64,000 nucleotides of DNA from Fimbriosthenelais zetlandica. Its lineage: Eukaryota. Position 1 is the stretch's first letter. Each line of letters starts with the position of its first letter. The DNA lies in contig OZ365118.1 of assembly GCA_977030845.1 (NCBI GenBank), forward strand, positions 18,786,001 through 18,850,000, in the 5' to 3' direction. This document shows, piece by piece, positions 50,001-63,516 of this stretch. The notes beneath the pieces were generated by a model. That model was given only the letters and a program-made list of their open reading frames with translations. It did not search any database and was not told where the DNA came from. A program made the translations under genes and the position numbers.

Positions 50001-51720
50001 CAATTGAAGAGTAAAGCTTGGAGGTGCACTTGTAAGGAGGATGTGTTCTATAGTGTTCTGACCTACTATATAGGGAAACCTATGAGATGGCGAGATCGGA
50101 AGTATCTTTGTTGTTGCTAAAACAAGGAAAAGAATCGTCATCCTGATACTTAGTAACATTATTAATCATGACATTACTTAATACAATAATTATATCATCA
50201 CAGTCCAAACAGTGAGGAGATATTTAGTTTTTAGCCTTAGTAACATGATAAGGATGCAATAATGACTCAGCAAAATTAGGCAAATATGAGGGGAGGGGAG
50301 AGATGACACTTGGCTGGGCTCATGTAACTGCATCACGTCATGTCATATTGACGTCAGCGTCTCACAGTGTGACGTCACATTGTCATGGACGTGTTGTCAA
50401 GACCACACCATTAGCTGTCAAGGTCAGAGATGGCAGGGTATAATGCGTACATAGGAAATGAGGGCAGACAAGCAGAAGGCATGCCAGCCTACAGTTATTT
50501 GCCTCTGGTCATTTTTCCCCTTTTATTTGTGATTTGTTTATGTAGTTTGTGGCCGGCTGGCTGGCGCCGGTGGTCGGGAGGGTGAGGTTGGCATGGGAGT
50601 AGAATGACCAGTGAACTAGGACTGATGATTGGTCACTGTGAATCTAGAGAAATCAAATTAGCACCCGAGTATGGGGCGAGGCATCTCCCTGCAGGATGTG
50701 GGCCTGGATGTATGTACCATCATCATAATGGACAAATGGCAACGAACGGCGATATGAGAAAAGGCTACTGACTAGACAGACTAGACTGGTACGGCAGATC
50801 ACGCCAAATGTCTCCATCACTGACCAAGAACAGACGTATTGTACAACTTAAATAATTTACTGGGGTAAAAAATGTACCAGTCACTCAATCTTGAACAAGT
50901 CTCCTCATGGTTACCAATGTCATTGTAAATCAAAACCATATCCATCCTCAAATAGAATATTAATTACTCAGATGGTTCCACATTATTTCAGAGAATCTGC
51001 TATATGTGATGATCATCTTTAGCATTATTCAAGGCTGAAAATATCTCAATCATAAGACCAGACTTAAAATGGTGGAGAAGTTGGATAAATAAGCCAGGGT
51101 TATCATTGTGTTGATTCTTCCATACTCAGACTGGGTGCTAGGAGTTGCCCGCTCTAATGGAAAATATAGGTGAAATGGAGTGGCTTTTTACAAGGTGTAC
51201 GTGTTGTACGTGACCAATAAAAAAGTGGCCAGCAGCAAGCATAGTGTTTTCACCTAGAGTGTACACACCTCACGATTTTATCATGGCACTTCCTACCAGG
51301 GCACACCTACTTGTCATTCACAGGTTTATTGAATAGGAGGAACACATTCAGGATGTCCCTGTACCCTACAGGGCTCATAATCATGTCACAGTGGGTCTCA
51401 CTGCCCGTCTAGACTACTCTCTGTCCATACAGATAAAATTATATTATAACTTTAACAATGTCCATACATGTAATTACACATAGATAATAGACAGAACGTC
51501 ATTTATTATAAACTCCTGGAGTCTGTTTCAAAAGGAGTATTAGCAATGTTAAGTCTATGGCTAATATTCGTTTTGAAACAGACTTCTGGTTCTCAACAAG
51601 TGGACTTCGTGGGCACATTGTCCTTGGCAGTGGACCTAAACTCTTTGTACAGTAATTACTTTGAAAAGAACTAGAGTAACAGTTGAGTAAAGTGAGATGA
51701 TAACAGTGATTGAGACTGAC

Positions 51721-51839
51721 CCTTTATCATGATGCTGGACGCGGTACTTGCCCCCATCCTCCTCCTGCATACACACTCTGCTGTAATGTAGCTCTCTCTG
51801 AAAACATGGCACCGTCCCGGTATACTCATGACACTGAGC
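51721..51839 (-). CDS. Gene A exon: AQCHEYTGTVPCFQRELHYSRVCMQEEDGGKYRVQHHDKG
   Basis: Acceptor gttactgtgttttcag, donor GG|gtcagt, 119 nt, phase 0 to 2. A second in-frame acceptor lies at 51797. Confidence 0.82.
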
Positions 51840-52098
51840 CTGAAAACACAGTAACAATCACTTATAGCAAACTGATTAATAATATCACTATTATATTCTG
51901 AAATATCATTCATATGATACTAAAAATAAAGCCAACAAAAATGTCAGATCTTTAATGCGACCAATTCAATGATGGTTGTCCAAAGTATAGGCCTACTATG
52001 TGGAAATATCTGGACCAAGCTTAACAGAAATTGTTATGATCAGGCCATTGAATAGGCAGCTGGAAGGAGGAGAGAGAGTGAGGATTATTTTGACACAC

Positions 52099-52268
52099 CT
52101 TGTATTTGAGCTTGGCCTTGATGTCCATCTCGGCCACTGTAATCTCCAGCTGCGTGTCCCACAGGTTGGTATTGTCGATAAACTTGGTTTCTGACGTCCA
52201 TGTTGGGTCTTTACCATCCGCCATGGGCATGCGCAGAAACTTAGGGAATACACACTGTCCACGAAGGC
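52099..52268 (-). CDS. Gene A exon (domain A1 start): xLRGQCVFPKFLRMPMADGKDPTWTSETKFIDNTNLWDTQLEITVAEMDIKAKLKYK
   Basis: Acceptor ttactttttccag, donor AAG|gtgtgt, 170 nt, phase 1 to 0; CxFP...W motif also seen in A2. Confidence 0.88.
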
Positions 52269-55200
52269 CTGGAAAAAGTAACGAAAATATGTGAAAATGT
52301 AATATACTATAAGCCTAATAATACATGGCTGTATTGAATGAGACATCAGATTGTAGTATGGCATGTATAAATGTAGTACTGCCCCCAATCCATGCTTTCA
52401 TTTCATGAGCACAGTGCAATAAGTCAGATGAGAAAAGCTGCTATAATCCGGGTTACAGTGAGTGCTGTAAAACTGGTGAACCGATATCCGCCACCCCAGT
52501 ATTCCCGCCAAGTCTACACATTTACTTTCACATATGCAGGAAAGTTGGGCCTAAAGCATATCTGCCTCGTCAACTGTTCTCACGGGGGAGCCATAACTGT
52601 CTGCCATATGGCCTAGTCTCCCTCACACTGCTCGATTCCTTAAATCCACGAGCTTACCCCGAGTGATATAAACAGTTTTATACAGGTTAGTCAGAGCCCG
52701 GGGTTTGGCCCTGGGACAGGTCCAAGGATCCTATCTGATCGTGGATTGCTTGTATTAGAAGCACTACTGCCAGACCTAAAGCCAGCCCTCTACTGCCATT
52801 AGACCTCTTTTTGTTCTGGTAAAAGGCATGCCATTCTTTAAAGGCAATTACAAACAATTCAAGGCATCCAAGAGTCTGTTCTAGACTTCCCTAGTTGGTA
52901 CTGGTCCAATTGAAGAGCTTCTAAAACTCTAGGAGAGATTTCAAGTTTGGAAACCTCTCAATATAAAATCTCTTCGCATGGCATACATGTTATTCATGTT
53001 TCTTTACTATATCTCTAAAAATACCCATGATAAACCTGTACATGTCACTATTGCGGTCATGTAAGGTGACACCGTACCTGTCATTATAGCAGCCATTTTT
53101 AACCTGTTCCGGTTATAGGAAACCCTAGTTGTGGTTTTCAGTTTCTTTGCATGACCTTGTCAACGGTTTTAAATCAAAGAACAAATTGTTCTTTTCTATT
53201 GTAACATACATGTACATGTGCATGCTATCTACATGCACATGCCAAGTAAGACGATCACATGAGTATTTTTACAACTGTTGAGTGCAAACCCAAGGTTGGC
53301 AAGGCAACCAAAATATGAACCAAAAGATCTTTTTTCTTAATCGATTCACCTAGACAGGTTCAAAAGAGGACCTCTTAATAATTGCATGGGTTCTCAGCAC
53401 AATATCAGAGGGCAGGGCTACAGAAGTGAGATATCAGCATTTTAGAAAGTTGCCATCAAGTTGGATAAGAGAAATAAGAGCTTCCATTTGGCGGTGGTCA
53501 GATTTTACAACCTGATCTCACATCTGACAGCTAGTATTCACACTAGAGCCCCCACATCTGTTTGAACTATTTAGTCCGGCGTCAGGATACCAGGTTTGAG
53601 TGTAAAAAGCCCAGGCAGAGGATAACAGAAGCAGCAGAGATGCGCCGACAAAAGTGTTTGCAGTATGCATCATTTATGATTCGCCCATTTGTGCTCCACT
53701 TGGAAGCAATAAACGGATTAGGAGAGTGGCATCTGTTAACTCGGCCGGGATCTTGACTTAGGGAAGCAGTGGAATAGTTCCATCCCGTGTGCGGGCCCCC
53801 TGGGAAGGTCTGACGGCCGATAGGGATAAGGGCATTGGCCGGGGGTCTACATTCAACACATCGCCCCACTATTATCTATGATATCCATTTAGGGGCAGAG
53901 AGGCTGAAGCAGCCATGCATGGAAATCAACCAGCCCATGTTCAGTTACATCCATTAACCTCTGTCAAAGGAGAAGGCTTTGTTCAGTTAGCTGAATTAAC
54001 CTCTCGCTGGGTGGGAAATGCTAATAGATAAAGGACCTAAAAAACCAATGACCCATATATAATGACATTAATTCAATGAATAAAGCTGGGGTTCACATGA
54101 TATGATGTCTAATACAAGATAGTATCCGGGTTAGTCGAGTGATGTATAGACAATATATCATACATAGACCAACATCAAATATAGAGGCATCCATTCTAGC
54201 TACCTTAATATTCATCCGACTTTCACGTATCATTCCAGACAACACTGTGAAAGCTCAGCTTCTTTATAGTGAGTACACGCCTTAAAATCCTAACTTAAGA
54301 CACAGTTTAAAGCTCAACCTAACAGCTAAATATAGAACAAAATGACCTTTAAATGCATACTGACTCATATATTAATCACCAAATATAAAATTTACTAGAT
54401 TTCATTTTCAGAAAGTTCAGAAAGTTTTGCCTATTTATAAATTACAATATGTGTATGGGGATGTAACAAACCTTTGAGCACAGAGCGACAACCTTTCCTG
54501 CCGAGTTCGACATGAGGGCAGACGACAATGATAATGACGCAGCACGCAGTTAGATGAACTGATGCTGCCATGGCAGGCGTCTGTGATTCACAGTGGTACA
54601 ATCATTTATATGTAATCCTAGACTTCCTCTACTAATCAGGCTTTATATCATGTGATACTCCTACACGTCATCATACAGTATATACGATCCACCATCACTA
54701 ATCTACGGCGCGTTACAGCTTTATCCTACAAGCTTTAACTGTGCACGGGGCAAAAGTTGGTGAGAACAACAAGAGATGAACTGCTCCATTTCTGTACATT
54801 GTCCTTCCTGTATGTTACTCGGGAAGTAGTTCCATAATGAGAAGCACTATAGATGAGTGTTTGGGAGATGACCTGTGGGTAGCACTGCTGTCTTCACCTT
54901 TGTGTCAGGGAATAATCTAGTCAGCTACTTGCTGATGGAAGTTCCAGACACTGGAAGATTTCAACAAGATGCTAAACAGTCGACCTGTGTATAAAAAAGG
55001 GTGGCAGGGTGATGTGTTCACACGGCAGGACAAAGTACATCCCCTCCACGGTCAATACTTGTATATGTACAGCTCCTCTTATTCTTCATATAAATACCAT
55101 TCATACCGTACATATATATGAACATCAATATTGATATGAGAATAGATCTAAAGAAGACCTGAGTGACATCACGGAATTTAACTGAAGGAATTTAACTAAG

Positions 55201-58200
55201 CAACATTGCCAAGTACACATTTAGCAAATTAACGCAAATTAAGTTTATTGCAGAAACAACTAAAAATGCTGAAATGGCTAAATGAATGTGACTCCCGTGA
55301 TGACTGAACTTATCCAGCAATTACCGGGCAAATAATCCCCTTTGACAGTACAGCGTTTTACCTAAATGTATAAATCCCTGGTGGTGATAGAAAACTTGGA
55401 TTCAGCCATAGGGCTTTAGTTTTTACCTTCTCATTAGAAGTAAAACTGTCTGATGGCAATATACGAGCCTTGTCTGTCATCCAACAAGACTGCACAATTA
55501 AAACAGACGTGATGGGCTTTTAATAGCCTTTTTTGAGATCTTTTTAAAGATTAAAACTTGTTTTTGGTCTCTCATAATCATTGAGAGTTCGATATCCAAG
55601 TCAAAAATGGGTGTGGTGGACAAGTAGGCGTCGAGTGAAGTATTAATTACAGAGCTACTGTGTCAGAGTACTGTCTGTTATCACCCTACACACCCTGATA
55701 ACTCAATATAAACCCTGAATTACTGATCAAACACATGGGTACTCATCCAACATGTCAACATTACATTATCAAACGCTATAATTATAATCTTTTATTTTCC
55801 CCGCGACCTACTTCTCCATTTAACAGTTCCTCAGATAATAAATCATCAGATGTCCTCGTTTCTCCAAGCACTGGAGGAATTCAAATTATTCATATTTAGA
55901 GTCATTTACCACTCATTTACTCCTAAAAGTGCTCTTTAAATGAGCTAATGACATAATGAATGTATTATTTGACTTGGTGGCCTAGTTCAGGCTTTGTGCT
56001 GAGGTTACAGGATACCACCTGTCTGACTGGGTAGAGAGATCATCTCATTAGAGTATAAAACTAAAGTGCACACATCAGCTGAGAATTTTATGTCCTTGGA
56101 CCACTCACTCATCATCAGCTTGTACGATGCGGCAGTAAAAACATCCACCCATCCCTCGTTCTCCATCCTCCACATCCTTTGTCACCATCAGTCTCTCCTC
56201 CTTAAAATCGATTAAAACTATTAAAAACCCTCCAGTAAGACCATGTCGTGCGGGGCGGCCATGCGGCCGGCGGGACAGACAACCCAACTTTTAGCTATGA
56301 TTAGGCGCCCGTGTTTCAGCGGATGTTCTTTCATAGCTTTGCATTACATCGCATGTGACGGGACCATCAAGTAGCATTCTGGCAATAAATTGACCAGTCT
56401 CAGCCATGATTCTATAATTTGTGTAAAAAGGCTGATGGTAGTGTGTTCGCGATTCAACCTAAGTGATACAATTCTCGTGTTCGATACTGCCTGCCTGCGG
56501 CCCTGTTTATCAGTGGGCTGGCTTTGAAAAACAGCCACAACTGGTGGAGTTTCATAGCGAAATGAATGAGATTCATAATGAAGAATAGGCTAGATTGTGG
56601 TGGTACATGAATGGTGCAGTGAAAGCCCGCAGTACTCAGACCATCTAAGTTCGTCCTCCTGGGACTTGGATATAACTAATGACAGATAGATTCCTTTCCT
56701 TTTTGCTTCATCCCAAACAAAGAAGCGATGTCTTGGATAGCGAGCCTATCAGATGAGCCCCAGCATATTCACCAGTGATCAATGGGAATATGCCTCTAAT
56801 CAGTTTAATCTTCTTCTCAGTGTAAGTGATAGGAGTTGGAGTTGGGGGTGATAAAGACAATATGTGAAGGCATCCTTTATGTGTATACTGAAGGAAGGAT
56901 GAAAGGCCAGGATCAACTTACTTTACATATGTACTAGAAGTACTCACATGCTCTTAAGAAATCAAGTTTGGATCTTTGATTAATGATTTACATAAGCTGC
57001 TGGCTTTTTACACGAACACAAATGATGGGGGATCTATTACAGAGATTTCTCATAGTGCTGGGCTACATAAAACCTACATACTGCTACTTACCATTCACAT
57101 AACTCTAAAACTTTTAATGAGACAACTTTCAAACATATGAAGAATGCCTTGGACTTGTTTGGTTAATATTCCCGTCAAAAGAAATGACACTGGATAATGA
57201 GAAGGATCAACTACTGAGAATAAACATGAAGTAGCTGTGGCGATTATCATACATACTAGACCTTCTGTTACACCTCTTCTCTGAATTACTAAAATATTGA
57301 GACAATACACGACTCAAAAGTCCACTTAGCTGAACATTTCAACTCATTAGTTGAAATGTCAAAAATAAAATGCTTCAGCGTTGGACGATTGCTACAACTG
57401 CCTTTTACTTGGGACAATCAATAAATTTGTAAGAAGAAATGGTTCAAAAATTCCCCTTCACGTTCTGATGCAAATTGAATATGTAAAAACAGGAATATGA
57501 CTGTGAAAATAGCAGAGATGGTGAGGGGATTAAATGCACTTTTCTCACGAATGTGAAGAGGGCCAATCATTTCTGTTTGTGGCTGAATGCCATTGAAGGC
57601 AAAGTGAAATAAATCCAGAAAAATGTGATACGAACGCGAAAGGGCAGTTTTCTATTTTTTCTGCTGTTCTGAACATGTGAAATTGAATGGAGTGTTATAA
57701 AAGTTGATAAAAATCTCCACCTAATGTTAGGTGTAAAATATCAAACGTCCGTGTCTGCCAACATCCAAATGCCGATGGCAGGAAAATAGGGACTAAGAAG
57801 GCCACATATTGAGAGTATTTCTTTATATAAAAAGATTCAGGAGGGAAATCATCCAGATCTAAAAACTTTTGACGCATTGTGCGCACAATAACGGCCTTGA
57901 CGACCGAGTTTTCGATCGGCTTCAAACGGAAGCTTCCCATTGGCTGATGGAGTCACATGACGCAGTTGATCATGTGATGGTCGTAATATTGTGTCTGACA
58001 GGATCTTTTCATGGCAGTTGGTGGAGTGTGAAAGTCAGGCAAGCAGTGGGATGGAGGGCTGAATAGAGGATGTAAAAACCCTCCCAAACGCTGCTCAACT
58101 CCTCTCATCTGAGCATGCGCACACAGGGCCATCAAGGTTATTCCCTTCAAGTGTGAATAACATCATTCTGTGAGAGTTGGATGTCACACCCACAGGCTAC

Positions 58201-59424
58201 CCCGGCCTTCATGTTCCCACACCTCAATGTCTTTTGTCCCTAAAACAAAGGGCGGCGTTATCCACGCATCATTAAGCAGCCTTGTTGTTGATCCATGGAT
58301 CAAATGGATCTAAACTTCTCAAATCTTTAACATTATGATCATTCTACGATCACTGCTGATGGTAAATAAGCTCAGCAATAACTAAAACAAAGTCCAGCAA
58401 TGAGAACAATGTGGTATTTGAGTTATGCACGGTATTCAATTCAATTGAAGAGACGTTAATATTTCAGGCTATATATCACTCGGCAACATGAACGAGGATC
58501 CCATTGGACTAAACAATATATAATCTCGTCTGAATGTCAATAAATATGAACAGTGAAAACGGTTATTAATTATTCTCACAAAAAGACACAGTGGCAATAA
58601 ATCCGCTTTCAATCGCACCAAGAGGTAATATATACTGCTTACTCAGCAAATATTAGAATAGGACTTTTTCCACATGGAAACATAGAGAGATATGAGAGTG
58701 GTATAAAACTAACATGAGAGATATAAAACTAACATCGCCCTAACAGCTAGCTTATCTACCAGTACACCGAACGATAACATAGCAAAGCGTACCATTCTTA
58801 ACTCAGCTGATAATTACTCTCTGAATGTTATCTCAGAATGAGTCCCTCAATACAATCTCACGGCCACTGTCATATTATCTTTGGATATTGAAAAAAAACG
58901 CCATGATTTCCTCTGTCAATATCCAATAATTGATTAATCAGATAGCTTTATAACAATCTGGGAGCGGTAATAATTGGTAATTAGAGACATTGGTGGAAGT
59001 AATTACAGCTACCTGAATGATTCCAGGCAGTAATGATAGAGGGTTAGACGGGGCTGAAGCTGGCAGAGCACGGCTTGACTGAGACATTAAGCTTCCCACT
59101 TATACTAGAAAACCTATATAAATGACAGGAAATAATCCATAAAATCCTACAGAAAGGTGTCTGAGAAGTTGATAGAACCAGACCGCCTCAAACTGAGTCT
59201 GCCTCACATGTGCACTTTTCAAATATTCCAAGGAAATTTATTTCAAAATTTCACAAATTTATCGTGATGTGTAATTACAAAGCAGCGCAAATTGACTGCT
59301 TGATTGAATTAATCAATGGGTTCATCTGGCCCCGATGGATCCCCCACAAATAAAGCCATCAATTATCTGCCTTCTATGTGGATCTTTTGTCCAGAAAAGG
59401 CAGAGTTTTCCTGATGATTTGTTG

Positions 59425-59555
59425 GGGGGTTTGGTGAGGTAGGAGTGTGGGGGGGGAGGGGGGTTTGGTGAGGTAGGAGTGTGGGGGGGAGGGGGTTTGG
59501 TGAGGTAGGGGTGGGGGGACGGGGGTTTGGTGAGGCAGGGGTGGGGGGAGGAGGG
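59425..59555. repeat. G-rich tandem repeat, about 4 copies of a ~31-bp unit (GGTTTGGTGAGGTAGG..GGGGG)
   Basis: Seen directly; G-quadruplex potential. Confidence 0.8.
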
Positions 59556-62500
59556 GGGCTGGTATTGGGTGCATTTCATTATTACAGATGGAATGATGAG
59601 TGGGAACTATTATTATCTTCATTCTCGGCATAGAGGGACATGTTTATGGGAACAGTCCAATAATAATCCCTGCCACATTCAATAACCACCAAGTATGCAT
59701 GACCAGAGATTAGATCTAATGCATAAAGTGGCCCTCAATTTCTATACCAAATGCCTCCAAATGCAGCGCCATCCAGCAAGCCATTTGCAACAACATGCAT
59801 AACCATGGTGTTTGGCAAAATTGCCTTTTTCTTCTCCAGGCCCATCACTTTTTTCTGAGATAAAACTACTCTCACGAAATGCATTTTTAAAACATTTCTA
59901 TTTTTGAAAAAGGGAACGCTTCTCAAGTATTCCGTGGGTTTCCAATTAATCTTAATTAATCGCCATCCTAATTAATGTTCAGATTTGGAGTTCCCTGATT
60001 AATAAGGGTTAAAAACCGTAGCCTGGTATTTTTGATAAAATATTTCAGTAATTTGACTGGGCTGTAAAGCAGGTTGTACCAGCTTGGCCTCGCCAGGTCT
60101 CTGTATTGTCTCACAGGATCTGAAGTAAGTAAACCATTCACAAGTAAACCATTGGCATCTTTAATCCTTAAGTAACTTGAGCATTCCTTTGCTCTGCCAC
60201 ATTAAGATTCACAGTGAAGAGTTAAAGTCTACCCGTCAATGCAGTACTTAATGGTAAAAGTATGATTTAAATGGAGCGATTCACAAGTCATCCACAGCTA
60301 GAAGGTAATAGAGCGTTTAGACGGGCGCTCTTCACTGAATATCTCACACGTCTTTACAGAAGAAATTCGAGCATTTTCCTGTTTCCCTTCTTTCTCTCAA
60401 CTTGCCAAAGAGAGCAATTGCGAGCAGCGGGAAAACGCCGATCTACCTGTTAGTTCTCAAAGCAGGAAGCCTTTGGTGATTTTTCCACTTTAGGCGTAAA
60501 TATGACGCGAGTCTTTGCAGCCTTAGCAACGACTTTAAAGGCTAAGAAGGAGGAGAAAGAGGAAGAGGCGATTGGATTGTCATAACACAATGATAAAAAC
60601 GCCATAAGGGGCTCTTTACTGACAAAGATTGAATGAGAAAATTAGTTCCAGTCACTAGCATTAGCTAAGCTGCCATGACGGCTCGCATCCACACAGCACG
60701 TTCTCCTCGTTCATTTCTCCCCCTGTCGGAGGAAAAACATTTCAAAATCCCCATCTGGAAAATTGACGCCAGCGCCCTGTCTTACTTTAAAAAATTCCCT
60801 TCAAGGGAAAAGAGAGCTTTTTCCTCAATGGACTGAGAGAGCAAATGCTCATAAAATGGAGATGTGATGGCTCGTAATGCCTCCAAGTCGGCGGTGTTAG
60901 GCGCCAAGGTAGCCTTAGTAAATGTCAATTAAATATGCATTAGGATTAACTGCCTGAAATCCCTGCAAACAATAAGTACTTTGTTTAATGTAATAATGGG
61001 AATTATTTAATTGCTGTTTTGTAACTCTATCCTGAAGCTCTTAAGTGTGAAACTTTCTTAGTAAAGGCAACTCAAGTTATGATTGAGGCGAGGTATGGAA
61101 TGATCATTAACATTATAGCAACTAGGGACAAAACACAATATATATCAGTACATTCCTGTGGATTTCAAAAGTAATTTTACATTTCAAAAGTAGAAGATTA
61201 GGCCTTATAGGTCTGTAGATGTAAGGGCCACTTTATCACAAGCAGACATCTATAACTCTAAACTCTGTACTCTAAACGAGTATGTCTGTGTATGAGAAAT
61301 TCTCATTAAAGTAAGAAATGCTTCACATACACAAATATAGATTTTGATGAAGAAGGAAGAAGGCAACTTTAAACACTCCATCTCTGACTGTATGACTGCC
61401 AAGCCACTCAGCTAGAAATCCTTTTGCTGTGACAGTTGCTCTGAAGTCTCATGCTCACTAAAGTATATTTCCATCTGCTATCAAGAGGCCGATCTCTCCA
61501 CCCATCTCATTGAAATGACTTTTACAGTATGAAATAGACAGTTTACATTTTTAGTCTCTTATCCACTCTTATTTATCTGTGGGTATGGAAGTACCATAAA
61601 GAGTCTCATAGTACAGTGCAATGCTCCCCAAAACATAATAGCCATGTCAAATTTGGGCAGTGTTTAGGGTAGTAGATCCTTTGCTCTCTTGACCAGAGGG
61701 GTCGAGTATTTATAGGCCTACTGGGAAAGTCCCATGATTTGATAAGAAAATGTATTTTATCTGAACAGCTGTGGGTCATTATAATAAGGTCTGTATAGTT
61801 TGAATAATGAGCTTGGAATGTCTACTACATTTATATAATATGAGTCATTATTAGTGTAAGATGGATATTTTAAGACTTCAGGATAGCGGTAATAACCATT
61901 ATAACAGTTGCTAAGACAATTACACGCCAGCAGGTGACGGGATCTTAATGTGATAGTCTCTTACAAGGAATGATAAAAGCTCAACCATCAGTTTTTTTCC
62001 ACAGAGCAGATACGCAGTTAGTAAACAGCTCATAATGCAAGCAGTAACAAATAAATTCAGATTGCATTGGGATTTGAATCAACTTTCTTTAAGAAAACCA
62101 CAGGAAAAGCTTGGAAATCCGCTTTACGAGATAATACCTGCAAAGCGTGAAGGTGGCAGAGCGTCTGGCGAGGTGTTACTATTTAGAGAATCGACAAATA
62201 AAGGACGGAGGAAGGATTCACCTGGAAGCTAGCTTTGATAAGATCTCCACATATTTAAACATCCTCCCACATCCCAGGAACAAAAGCTCCGATTCCAATA
62301 TGAGAGATGGTCTTGTCTTTAATTCTAGGCAGCCGGGTGAAGAAATAGAGAAAGCTCAGTGGTGGAACACTTGCAAGTAACTTGATCGACCAGGACTTGT
62401 GCTGTTCAGGTCTGCCATGGGTATTGACTCCACCAAGGCCTTTCATATTTCACTGTATGAGCACATACTCAGCCCAGGGTAGAGCCTGTGGTAGTACTCA

Positions 62501-63420
62501 GCAAATCTTTCTACATTACAGGTTCCCACCACCTTCTTCCTGGTTGGTTTCCCATCCCCACTCAAAATATATAATATAATACCTTTTCAGGGCACACCTT
62601 TCTTTCACTTTCAATTTACATTTCAACAAATCTCAGTCAAAAACCTCAAGGGTTGCTTTCCAATTATTCTCCAACTTTCTCAGCAATGAATTGTAAGTAG
62701 GATTCACATCGGGGATTTTTTACTGGCACACCCAGGAGACTGAGCTGTGAAGAGTGCCTCTGATATTGTCACACCCCTCCTCCACGTTCAACACCCAGTT
62801 TTTTGTTTATAAAACAACAGGGCATCCTTCCGTTAAAAGTAAATACAACGGTAACAAAAGTCTCCCACCGGGGAAGGAGAGAACACAAGCTGTCTCCTGA
62901 CTGAGATGGTGTATTTGGGAGGAACAAGCTTATAACCTATAGAACTAAAATAGACCCTTATACTTCAAAGACTGAGTGTGAGAGTAAAGGTCACATGACT
63001 ACCTAGACAGTATATGACTATCTCTAAACCATCCTCACCATCTCTTTGACCTGGCATTTATCTTCAAAAGGCTAGATTATTTTTATTTCACCATATGTCT
63101 GGTATTTTGTAGGAGCACCGCAAGTGTCAGACAGTTCAGCGTCATAAAGGGACTGAGAGCGAGGAACAATAAAATGACGATTAACTTACAGCTAAAGTTT
63201 ACAATGAAAGTATGGCTGTGTAAGGAACATTTTATAAGTGAGAAGTATTTTCCTCCAGAACCCATGAGGAGCACATGCCTTTGGTATTACACAAAGACAA
63301 GAAATAGGCGCAACAATTGAAGTTCGTAAAGGTTCAGAAGTTGATAAATATATCTTTTTACTCTAAGGATATATGGAAGCCTTAAGGCTGTACCTATATA
63401 CTATAGAGATCTATACTTCT

Positions 63421-63516
63421 ATACGGCCACACGATCTACACTACCCCCCGCCAGGCCTGGAATCGCCCCCAATTTAGGCGAGTTTTGCACGTGAACTAGT
63501 ACACAAGTGGCCGTAT
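63421..63516. mobile_element. Small MITE-like element
   Basis: 10-bp inverted termini ATACGGCCAC / GTGGCCGTAT enclosing 76 bp; no clear TSD. Confidence 0.45.

Larger units (their letters stand above)
21104..52268 (-). other. Gene A span (5'-incomplete): 16 coding exons, about 673 aa Cys-rich secreted/cell-surface protein, A1-B1-ShKT-A2-B2 plus hydrophobic C-terminus
   Basis: The 16 exons listed below join with GT-AG sites, matching phases and no internal stop (2021 nt). Repeated CxFP..W and C..GG/C.G.W motif blocks and a six-Cys ShK pattern are present. The DUF7042/7043-like assignment is recalled, not searched. Confidence 0.88.

Noticed and set aside
49908-50159. 83-aa ORF with an acceptor-like site
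   Set aside because: No good donor, phases do not fit, no family motifs.
56105-56200. Possible exon EERLMVTKDVEDGERGMGGCFYCRIVQADD
   Set aside because: Weak AAG acceptor, and its phase-2 end does not match the phase-1 exon at 52268.
62075-62092. B-box-like GATTCAAATCCC suggesting a tRNA or SINE
   Set aside because: No A box or cloverleaf.
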